Notes under the pieces: model-generated | What the model was told of the DNA's origin: nothing | The model's input: the letters and a program-made list of their open reading frames with translations, nothing else | Databases searched by the model: none | Program-made: the position numbers and the translations under genes | Assembly (NCBI GenBank): GCA_049322915.1 | Contig: JBMOPW010000012.1 | Coordinates: 65,888-129,887, forward strand | DNA: 64,000 bases | DNA from: Candidatus Zhuqueibacterota bacterium | GTDB lineage: Bacteria > Zhuqueibacterota > Zhuqueibacteria > Thermofontimicrobiales > Thermofontimicrobiaceae | Direction of reading: 5' to 3' | Shown here: positions 1 to 7,978 of the stretch, one piece after another | How positions within the stretch are numbered: the stretch's first letter is position 1 | Layout of the letters: each line of letters begins with the position of its first letter

Positions 1-58
1 GCCCGGGATCGAGTCTGGATTTTCGGCCCATAAAAATTAACAAAAATTAATTTTGTAC

Positions 59-87
59 TTGACTCTTTACAAAAAAATTATTATACT
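59..87 (+). promoter_or_regulatory. sigma70-type promoter upstream of RRM gene
   Basis: TTGACT-N17-TATACT. Confidence 0.6.
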
Positions 88-322
88 TCGAGTTATTTTT
101 ACACGAACCAGTAATTTTTCGACCGGGGTTCTTTTCCTGTTCATGACATAACGGAAGTGATACGTTGTTGAATGCGCACCAACCAGGAAAATTCCAATGC
201 AGCATCTTGCTACGACAGGAATTCAGCCGAAACAGGAATCGGTACAACCGATAGAAAAATGAATTATTAGTTCATTTCAAATTTATGTCATAGTCACTTG
301 TCTTATTCAGGAGGGAGATAAG

Positions 323-604
323 ATGCGCATTTACGTTGGAAATTTGCCCAAAGACACCGACGAAGACGATCTTCTCGAAATGTTCGAAGAATACGGCAGC
401 GTAAAGAATATCAAAATAATCCGGGATAGATATTCCAAAAGCTGTCGTGGTTATGGTTTCTTAGAACTGCCGGATGAAAACGCCGCCCGGCAAGCGATTG
501 AGGACTGGGATCAGGGTTCAATTGATGACAATGTCATCAGGGTTGATATTGCCAAAGCCTCGGTTAAAAGCCGGCGAAGTCCATTTTCAGATACATGCGC
601 GTAA
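323..604 (+). CDS. RNA recognition motif (RRM) RNA-binding protein
   Basis: RNP2 IYVGNL and RNP1 RGYGFLEL; AGGAGG RBS upstream. Confidence 0.93.
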   Translation: MRIYVGNLPKDTDEDDLLEMFEEYGSVKNIKIIRDRYSKSCRGYGFLELPDENAARQAIEDWDQGSIDDNVIRVDIAKASVKSRRSPFSDTCA

Positions 605-905
605 TAATTTGAAGCCAGCAGATTGCTTTGAAACAGTAATTCAGGATTATTAATCCAATCGTACAGTTGATTACGCAGCATAATCTCACTGCCTGCACCC
701 CATTCTTCCAGTTTAGAATTGCCGCATTCTATTCATCGGGATTGTTCGCTTGATGTGAATCGATGCGCGCGTCCTATTGCTGCCGTTTCCTTCATTTAAT
801 TTTAATTTTCTTATAAATCGAATAAACACATGTGCCGTCATTGTCGCTGCGCAGATTTTTTATTTCTTCCGGCGATAAAAGAAAAGCACCCTCTCATTTT
901 TTTGA

Positions 906-934
906 TTGACTATTTTAAAAAAATTAAGTATAAT
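906..934 (+). promoter_or_regulatory. sigma70-type promoter for sugar ABC operon
   Basis: TTGACT-N17-TATAAT. Confidence 0.7.
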
Positions 935-1144
935 TGGACTCAAATTCTTAAACAAAATTAAACATTGGTTTAAGCTCAAATTCATGTCGATCATTGATCA
1001 GCAAAATGGCAGGAATGGATAGCGTCACCGCCGATGCACTGAAATTTCAACCTGACTGATTTGACTACAACGGAGCTCTCTTTTTTCGGGCAGCCGATAG
1101 CTGAGACATTAGCGCCTCTGAAAAACAATCCGATTTGAATTACG

Positions 1145-2383
1145 ATGAAAAATAAACTCATTCCCATCTTCTCTATTTTAATCATCTTCATCTTTCTGAC
1201 CTGCGCCGGCCAGCGAGAAAAAAGCATCATGATCTGGCATTCGATGCGGCCTCTGGCTACGAAAATTTTGCAGGACAAGCTGGATGAATTTTCCGAACGA
1301 CACCCGGGCTGGAAATTCAGCCAGCTTTTTTACGAGCCGGAAACAGCCCGAACCAATTACATCATCTCTGCCATGGGCGGCAGCGGCCCGGATCTCTTCT
1401 GGGGCGCCAGCGATAATATCGGTCCGTTTGTCGAGCTCAATGTCATTCAGCCTCTGGAATCAATCTTCAACCCAGCCTTTCTGGATAGCTTCATCGCTGA
1501 GCCTATCCCGGCGAACATCTGGTTTCAGAATCATCTCTACCAAATTGCGGATCAGATCGGGAATCATCTGTGTCTGGTGTACAATAAAGACCTTGTGCCC
1601 GTTCCACCCCGGACTATCGGCGAATTGATCCGTTTGGGGAAACAATTGACCAGAGACCTGGACGGCGACGGCAAACCGGATCGCTATGCATTGGCCTGGA
1701 ATTACACGGAGCCTTTCTTTGCAGTGCCGTTCATCAGTGGCTATGGCGGATGGATAATGGATTCCGATAATCATCCCACGTTGAACACCGATGCAGTGGT
1801 CAAGGCCGCACAGCTCATTTTTGATCTGGCAAATAAAGAAAAAATCATTCCAATGGAATGCGATTACGAGATTGCCAACGCCCTTTTCCTCGACGGCTAT
1901 GCCGCAATGATCATCAACGGGCCGTGGTCGTGGGGCACTTACCTGGAAAATAAAATCAATTTGGGGATCGCCCGAATTCCCAAAATCGATGAGACAGGGC
2001 TGTGGCCTGCCCCACTGGTCTCCTCCATGGGCTACTCAGTCAATATCAATGTGAAGGATGAAAAGCTGGCCATTGCCACAGAACTGGTTGAATTTTTAAC
2101 GTCAGACTCGATGCAGCTCACGTTCTCGCGGGCCATGGGCACAGTGCCCTCGCGCAAGGCGGCGTTCAGCGACACGCTCATCACCCGAAATCAAATTGTG
2201 CAGAGCTCCATTGACCAGATGCAGGTCGCCCGAGTGATGCCGGTTGTGACGGAACTGCGCTGGATCTGGGACGCCATGCGGCCGAGTTATCAATCCATTT
2301 TCACAGGGGGAATGAACCCGAAACAGGCCGCTGAAGCGATGCAGGCGCTGGCCGAAAAATTAATCAAGGAAAATCGGGAGTGA
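1145..2383 (+). CDS. Sugar ABC transporter substrate-binding lipoprotein (MalE/CycB-like, CUT1)
   Basis: Signal peptide ending FLTC; GPDLF, LVYNKDLV and MIINGPW motifs; followed by CUT1 permeases. Confidence 0.9.
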   Translation: MKNKLIPIFSILIIFIFLTCAGQREKSIMIWHSMRPLATKILQDKLDEFSERHPGWKFSQLFYEPETARTNYIISAMGGSGPDLFWGASDNIGPFVELNVIQPLESIFNPAFLDSFIAEPIPANIWFQNHLYQIADQIGNHLCLVYNKDLVPVPPRTIGELIRLGKQLTRDLDGDGKPDRYALAWNYTEPFFAVPFISGYGGWIMDSDNHPTLNTDAVVKAAQLIFDLANKEKIIPMECDYEIANALFLDGYAAMIINGPWSWGTYLENKINLGIARIPKIDETGLWPAPLVSSMGYSVNINVKDEKLAIATELVEFLTSDSMQLTFSRAMGTVPSRKAAFSDTLITRNQIVQSSIDQMQVARVMPVVTELRWIWDAMRPSYQSIFTGGMNPKQAAEAMQALAEKLIKENRE

Positions 2384-2384
2384 T

Positions 2385-3278
2385 ATGGCTTCTGGTATCG
2401 GAAATATCGAGAACAACCGTCTTGCCTACCTGTACACGGTGCCGGCCTTCGTGGTCATGGGGCTGGTTGTGCTGTACCCGTTTGTCTATAACATCATCCT
2501 GTCTTTTTCCAACATGAATCTGAGCCATTTCAACAACTGGCGACTCACAGGTTTTGAAAATTATTCTGCCGTCTTCCGGGAACGCACATTCTGGTATTTT
2601 TTAGGCAAGACTTTTTTGTGGACGGCGGTCAATGTATTTTTCCACGTGACCATCGGCGTCGCGCTGGCGCTCATTTTGAACAAAGACATCAAAGGGAAAT
2701 CGTTTTTCCGCACCCTGCTCATTCTGCCGTGGGCTGTCCCGCAGTACATCACCGCCCTCACCTGGCGCGGTCTGTTCAACTCCGAATACGGCGCGGTGAG
2801 CCTCATGCTGGATCAGGCTTTCGGCGTGCAGATTCCCTGGCTCACCACCGAATGGGGCGCGTTCACTGCCTGCGTCATCACCAATGTCTGGCTGGGCTTC
2901 CCGTTTATGATGGTCATTGCCCTGGGCGGATTGCAGAGCATCCCGGAAGAATTGTACGAAGCCTCGGACATCGACGGCGCTTCCTGGTACCACAAGCTGA
3001 AACATATCACACTGCCGCTGCTCAAGCCGGTGATGATCCCGGCCATCACGCTCGGCATTATCTGGACGTTCAATAATTTCAACGTGGTGTGGCTGGTGAG
3101 CAACGGCGGCGAGCCGGCGGATACGACGCATATTCTGGTCTCCTGGGTCTACAAGTCAGGATTCCGCTATTTCCGCATGGGCTACGCCGCTGCGTTCTCC
3201 ATGATCATCTTCATCTTCCTGCTCACGTTCAGTTGGAATTTCATCAAAAAGACGCGGGCGACCGAGGCGGTGTATTAG
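2385..3278 (+). CDS. Sugar ABC transporter permease (MalF-like)
   Basis: Hydrophobic helices; EAA loop LYEASDIDGAS; LPWAVP motif. Confidence 0.93.
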   Translation: MASGIGNIENNRLAYLYTVPAFVVMGLVVLYPFVYNIILSFSNMNLSHFNNWRLTGFENYSAVFRERTFWYFLGKTFLWTAVNVFFHVTIGVALALILNKDIKGKSFFRTLLILPWAVPQYITALTWRGLFNSEYGAVSLMLDQAFGVQIPWLTTEWGAFTACVITNVWLGFPFMMVIALGGLQSIPEELYEASDIDGASWYHKLKHITLPLLKPVMIPAITLGIIWTFNNFNVVWLVSNGGEPADTTHILVSWVYKSGFRYFRMGYAAAFSMIIFIFLLTFSWNFIKKTRATEAVY

Positions 3279-3346
3279 CTTTTTTTTGACCTGAATTATT
3301 TGTATATTTTCCACTGTTTTCATTTCCCAATATTCAGAGTACATCG

Positions 3347-3367
3347 GTTAAGATATCTGATCTTAAC
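3347..3367. promoter_or_regulatory. Inverted repeat upstream of TA module, candidate autoregulatory operator
   Basis: GTTAAGAT-N5-ATCTTAAC; function inferred from position only. Confidence 0.35.
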
Positions 3368-3442
3368 GATTCGATTTAACATGCTGTTCAACATATCAGC
3401 AATGTCAATAAAAAGATGAATCAAACGCAGCAGGGACTCACG

Positions 3443-3687
3443 ATGTACGAAATAAAATTTAAGAAAAATGCAGTTTAGGAATTACAAAAGCTACCTCAAA
3501 AAGATGGTCAAAAAATTATAGAAAGATTTCACTGCTGGCAAATGGTCTAACTGGTGATATTAAAAAACTGACAGATTTTACACCTGAGTATCGGCTTAGG
3601 GCTGGTGGTTATCGCGTTCTGTTTGAAATAGAAGAAAATGGTATCATAATTTATCATATAAAGCAAAGAGGAGAGGCATACACATGA
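3443..3687 (+). pseudogene. RelE/ParE-family toxin pseudogene
   Basis: Manual translation MYEIKFKKNAV*ELQKLPQKDGQKIIER, then a frameshift into LANGLTGDIKKLTDFTPEYRLRAGGYRVLFEIEENGIIIYHIKQRGEAYT*; in-frame TAG at 3476-3478; RelE-type YRLR.G.YRV motif; TGA overlaps the next ATG. Confidence 0.88.
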
Positions 3688-3884
3688 TAGCAATTAACCC
3701 AGAAATTTTAAAAAGAGACAATAAGGCTGACTTTGCAATTCTTGATTATAATGAGTATCATAAGTTGCCCGAATATATTCAAGATATTGAAGACCTTGTA
3801 GACTTACGAAACGCAAAAGCGGATACTAAAGATGAAGCAACAATTTCGCTTGATAAAGTAAAAGAAACTTTAGGCATTGATTGA
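3684..3884 (+). CDS. Putative type II antitoxin (Phd/RelB-like), intact
   Basis: 66 aa, acidic; ATGA overlap with relE pseudogene; FAILDYNEY...EDLVDL...SLDKVKETLG pattern typical of such antitoxins. Confidence 0.75.
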   Translation: MIAINPEILKRDNKADFAILDYNEYHKLPEYIQDIEDLVDLRNAKADTKDEATISLDKVKETLGID

Positions 3885-3903
3885 AAATCAACTTCAATCG
3901 ATA

Positions 3904-4076
3904 GTGACAGCAATTAAGCCGAAGAAAAAATTCACCGCAAATATCAGGAAAATTGATAATACAGCATTCACTATCGGCAGTCTTCACGACGATGGGGATG
4001 AAAAGCAAAACCGGTCAACCAAAACATATCAATAAAAAATACAAGCTCTTGAAATGCTGAGACAAATAATCTATGG
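3904..4076 (+). pseudogene. 5' part of small ORF interrupted by the cassette
   Basis: Frame reads VTAIKPKKKFTANIRKIDNTAFTIGSLHDDGDEKQNRSTKTYQ*KIQALEMLRQIIYG (internal TAA 4033-4035) and continues in frame at 6655. Confidence 0.7.
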
Positions 4077-6654
4077 TTAGCCGTGTATACAAATACAATA
4101 TTGTGATAAAATTATGATAACACAAATTAATAAATTAAAAGAGATCGGTATTTTCAAAGATTTCAATTGGAACAATGACATTCCTGATTTTAATAAAAAA
4201 AATATAATATTTGGATATAACGGATGTGGAAAGACGACATTAACTAATATTTTTAATTTGTTTTCCCAAATAGACAAAATTGAAAAAGATGAGTTATTTG
4301 CGGACATAGTGAATGATAAAGACATTTCTGAAATTGAATTAGTTTTCGATGGGAAAAAAGTTAAATACAATAAAGATTTAGCTAATGAAAAAATATGGAT
4401 CTTTAATACAGGATTTATTACAGGTCATATTTATGATGGTTCTTCATCAAATATTAAACAGTTTGATTCAAAGGTTGTAACAAAAGAACAACTCAAAAAT
4501 CCAGAAATAAAAAAAATTGAAGTAACTATTACGGTGAAAAAAGATACCTTTGCTAATTTTAAAACAGATAAAGAGAAATACGAAAATGAATTTGAAAAAA
4601 TTAAGAAGAAATATCAAATTGATTTTAATAATAAAATTTCTAATAAAAGATTAACGGGTTGGAATTTACCCAGCCATGCAACCCAGATCGATCTTAATAA
4701 AATCGATCAAGAGCTTGATGGATATTATAAGAAATACGAGCTTTCCCAAAAACAGGATGAATTTGCTAATGATATAGTCGAAATCGAAAAAATATTCATA
4801 AAATCAATTAAGCTTGATTTTGAAAATCTAACGATTGCATTTTTAAAAAGTATCTCAGAAACTGCAAGAGAGAAAGTTGAACAAAAAATAGCAACCTTAT
4901 CTGAAGTTCAATTAAAAAATTATAAAAGTTTGAGTGAATGGTTTGAAGATGGACTCCAGCTTTTAAAGAGAAATGATTCAAGTAAATTTTATAAATGCCC
5001 ACTCTGTGATAGCGATATAAAATTGAAAATTAATTCGTTAATTGGTGATTATGAAAGCTATTTTAATGATGAGTATAAAATTCTTATTAAAGACCTAAAT
5101 ACTCAATCAGAACAAATCGACATTATTAAAGAAATTTTGAAAGATAATATAATTTCCATTGAAAAAATAAAAACATTTGATAGTAAGTATTCTTATCTCA
5201 TTGATACAGACAAAAAAATAAATTATGAATATTCATTGGAGACCTGTGAAAAGGAATTAGAAAATTTACAGAAGCTGATTTCAGATAAAAAGGAAAATGT
5301 ATCATCCAAAGTACAGGCAGATAGTCTATTAAAAAACTTGAAGAATTTAGTTAATGATTATAATGTTAATTTCTTAAAACCTATCCATGAACAGAAAACT
5401 CTTATTTTTCAAGAATTGAAGAATCAAACTTTAAATGAATCTGTAATCGCTGATAAAATAAAAAATTTAATACAACAGAAGGGCAATTATGATTTTGATA
5501 CTTTTGATACTGGTAATTTAATAAGCGTATATTGGCAGAATGAAAATAATATAAAAAACATCAAAGATGACTTGTCGAAATTAGAAAGACAATTAGAATC
5601 TTCATTGGCTAAACTAAAAAATGAATCCAAATATGTTAATTTTTTTCTGAAACGATTGGGGATATTTCATTTTGAAATAAACATTGACAACACGAAGCCA
5701 AAAGAGAATATTTCAATACTTTATGAAAGCGGATGCACCAAAAATAAATTAAAAAATTCAATCAGCGAAAGTGAAAAATCAGCCTTAGCATTTGCTTACT
5801 TCTTAAGCAAATTACAATATGAAGTAATTGATAATACAACAACCAAATTGTCAGAATGTATCGTTATACTTGACGATCCAGTTTCAAGCTTAGACGAAAG
5901 GCGGCTTTATTCTACAGCTTTTTTAATAAATGATTTGTTAAAAGATGCAGGTCAATTATTTGTTATTAGTCATAATCTTATATTCTTAAAATATTATGGT
6001 AATATTCTTAGTGGCGATGATAGAAATGACTATTTTTTAAATGTAAGAAATAATCTTCCACTACTTCAATCCCTTCCTAAATCACTCTCAAATTATAAGA
6101 CAGCTTATTTTCAAAAATTAGATGATATTTTATCATATATAAATAATGACATTGATTACGAACAAGCTAAAAAGTCTATACCAGGTTGTATTCGTGTTGT
6201 CTTAGAAACATTTTTAAGTTTTAAGCTCTATATTTTAAAACAAGGTAGTAGCACTAATAAATATTTGTCGCCTGGATTAGATAAATTGATAAAAACTTTG
6301 AGCGGCCATATCGGATTATTTAAGAAATATGAAAAAGTCGAAGATATTGATCATGAAAATATTATCTCAAAATTGGAATTTATAAAAAAGACGACTGATC
6401 CCCAATGTCATGGTAGTCCGCAAAATATTGATGAATTCAATTTTATTGATGAAGCTGAATTGAAATTAATTTCTCGTGACGCTTTAAATATCATTAAATT
6501 TTTTGATAACGTTCATTATAATCAAATACAAAACGGCTAACAATCGGCTGCACCTGACAAAACTGCGGTGTTTCAAATCGGGTTAAGTGCAAAGTTTTAC
6601 AGTCATTTCGTTGTGTTAAATATAGTGTAGCAGTTTTGCAGGTGAGCCGGGTCG
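4077..6654 (+). mobile_element. Integron gene cassette (solitary, no intI in window)
   Basis: Left end G|TTAGCCGT (4076-4084) is the exact reverse complement of ACGGCTAAC (6533-6541); single ORF with short leader whose stop codon lies in the R'' box; ends at G|TTATGA. Confidence 0.88.
4114..6540 (+). CDS. AAA_13 / RloC-like SMC-type ABC ATPase with zinc hook and HEPN-like C-terminus
   Basis: Walker A GYNGCGKTT, coiled coil with CPLC hook, signature SESEK, Walker B/D-loop ILDDPVSSLD, H-loop SHN, C-terminal RVVLETFLSFK...DPQCHG. Confidence 0.85.
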   Translation: MITQINKLKEIGIFKDFNWNNDIPDFNKKNIIFGYNGCGKTTLTNIFNLFSQIDKIEKDELFADIVNDKDISEIELVFDGKKVKYNKDLANEKIWIFNTGFITGHIYDGSSSNIKQFDSKVVTKEQLKNPEIKKIEVTITVKKDTFANFKTDKEKYENEFEKIKKKYQIDFNNKISNKRLTGWNLPSHATQIDLNKIDQELDGYYKKYELSQKQDEFANDIVEIEKIFIKSIKLDFENLTIAFLKSISETAREKVEQKIATLSEVQLKNYKSLSEWFEDGLQLLKRNDSSKFYKCPLCDSDIKLKINSLIGDYESYFNDEYKILIKDLNTQSEQIDIIKEILKDNIISIEKIKTFDSKYSYLIDTDKKINYEYSLETCEKELENLQKLISDKKENVSSKVQADSLLKNLKNLVNDYNVNFLKPIHEQKTLIFQELKNQTLNESVIADKIKNLIQQKGNYDFDTFDTGNLISVYWQNENNIKNIKDDLSKLERQLESSLAKLKNESKYVNFFLKRLGIFHFEINIDNTKPKENISILYESGCTKNKLKNSISESEKSALAFAYFLSKLQYEVIDNTTTKLSECIVILDDPVSSLDERRLYSTAFLINDLLKDAGQLFVISHNLIFLKYYGNILSGDDRNDYFLNVRNNLPLLQSLPKSLSNYKTAYFQKLDDILSYINNDIDYEQAKKSIPGCIRVVLETFLSFKLYILKQGSSTNKYLSPGLDKLIKTLSGHIGLFKKYEKVEDIDHENIISKLEFIKKTTDPQCHGSPQNIDEFNFIDEAELKLISRDALNIIKFFDNVHYNQIQNG

Positions 6655-6660
6655 TTATGA
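6535..6660 (+). repeat. attC recombination site (126 bp)
   Basis: R'' GGCTAAC; left arm CGGCT[G]CACCTG[A]CAAAACTGC pairs with right arm GCAGTTTTGCAGGTGAGCCG with two extrahelical bases; R' GTTATGA. Confidence 0.9.
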
Positions 6661-6709
6661 TTCGTCAACCGAACGGATTAATAAATATTTTAAAATGGTA
6701 ATGGGTTGA
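6655..6709 (+). pseudogene. 3' part of the interrupted small ORF
   Basis: Joined to 4076 it reads G-YDSSTERINKYFKMVMG*, stopping 3 nt before the malG-like ATG. Confidence 0.65.
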
Positions 6710-6712
6710 ACT

Positions 6713-7555
6713 ATGCGAAAACCACGAGACCTATCTCTCACAGGAAAAATCGGCGCGTACTCGGTGCTGACGCTGTTCACACTGTTCTCTGTCTACCCCA
6801 TCCTTCGCGTCTTCACGATCTCGATTCGGCCCGGGGACAGGCTGTTGAGCAAATCGCTGGCGCTCATTCCCGAGAACGCCACGCTGGACACCTACGTTCG
6901 TCTGTTCACAAACGAACCCTTTCTCACATGGATGGGCAACAGCCTCATCATTTCATTGGTGGTTATGATTGTGGGCGTGGGATTGGCCGCCACTGCCGGC
7001 TATGCCTTTTCGCGGTACAAATTTGTCGGCAAGGATGCAGCCATGTTCAGCCTCATCACCACGCAAATGTTCCCCATGACCATGTTGCTGCTGCCTTTGT
7101 TCATTATGCTGATCAAATTAAAACTTTACGATTCATACATCGGACTCATCGTTGCCTATTCCGCCACGGCATTGCCCTTTACCACGTGGCAGATGAAAGG
7201 CTACTACGACACCATACCGTACAGTCTGGAAGAGGCCGCGTCCATTGATGGCTGCTCCCAGTTCGCCACCTTCTGGCGGATTGTCCTTCCCCTTGCCGCG
7301 CCGGCGCTGGTCATCACCGCGCTGTTCTCGTTCATGGCCGCCTGGTCTGAATATCTCGTTGCAGCGGTGCTCATTCAGGACCAGAGCCTGTTCACGCTGC
7401 CGCTGGGATTGAAGACATTCCAGTCCGCCATGGAAACATCCTGGGGATTGTATTCTGCCGGGGCAATCATTGTAAGTCTGCCAGTCGTCATTCTGTTTCT
7501 CTTTCTCAGTCGTTGGTTAATTTCCGGTCTCACTCTCGGAAGCGTTAAAGGTTAA
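6713..7555 (+). CDS. Sugar ABC transporter permease (MalG-like)
   Basis: MGNSLIIS, AGYAFSR, EAA loop LEEAASIDGCS, C-terminal GLTLGSVKG. Confidence 0.94.
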   Translation: MRKPRDLSLTGKIGAYSVLTLFTLFSVYPILRVFTISIRPGDRLLSKSLALIPENATLDTYVRLFTNEPFLTWMGNSLIISLVVMIVGVGLAATAGYAFSRYKFVGKDAAMFSLITTQMFPMTMLLLPLFIMLIKLKLYDSYIGLIVAYSATALPFTTWQMKGYYDTIPYSLEEAASIDGCSQFATFWRIVLPLAAPALVITALFSFMAAWSEYLVAAVLIQDQSLFTLPLGLKTFQSAMETSWGLYSAGAIIVSLPVVILFLFLSRWLISGLTLGSVKG

Positions 7556-7568
7556 TTGGAGGAAATCA

Positions 7569-7727
7569 ATGAGCAAATTATCGATTTTAGCTGAACTGTG
7601 GGAATTCTTAAAAGTGAGAAAAAAGTGGTGGCTCGGTCCCATCATCTTTTTCCTGTTACTCCTGGGATTACTCATTGTGCTCACCGAAGGTTCAGCATTG
7701 GCGCCGTTCATTTACGCCATATTTTAG
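7569..7727 (+). CDS. DUF5989-family small membrane protein (52 aa, below ORF-track cutoff)
   Basis: MSKLSILAELWEFLKVRKKWWLGPIIFFLLLLGLLIVLTEGSALAPFIYAIF; GGAGG RBS; RKKWWL.P...APFIY signature. Confidence 0.88.
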   Translation: MSKLSILAELWEFLKVRKKWWLGPIIFFLLLLGLLIVLTEGSALAPFIYAIF

Positions 7728-7978
7728 CTGTCGTTTTCATCCGTTGGAATCGTTGATTGCGGCGTAATGGATGGGTTGAGAATGTATGGGCTTAACCACT
7801 CAGGTTGGCTGGTCCAGCGTTCAGGGTTCAAGGTTAGATTCATTTCATTATGAATATTTTATAAATGAATATTCGTTACTGTTCAGCTACAAAGCGCATC
7901 AAAGCCTTTTAAGGCATTTTTGAGTCGCCCCATAATTCACTGAAAATTATCCAACACCCCAAAGTTTTTATCGGTTGA

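Larger units (their letters stand above)
3290..6709. mobile_element. AT-rich composite island between the two permease genes (decayed TA module, disrupted small ORF, integron cassette)
   Basis: Abrupt visible shift to AT-rich sequence after the malF-like stop and back at the malG-like start; boundaries approximate. Confidence 0.8.

Noticed and set aside
228..254. ACCGATAG upstream of the RRM gene as a fifth sigma28 promoter
   Set aside because: The -35 position reads CGAA, a poor match, and a good sigma70 promoter exists at 59-87.
3443..3884. TA module as a second integron cassette
   Set aside because: No attC-like R''/R' palindrome follows the antitoxin; the downstream sequence is a decayed ORF.
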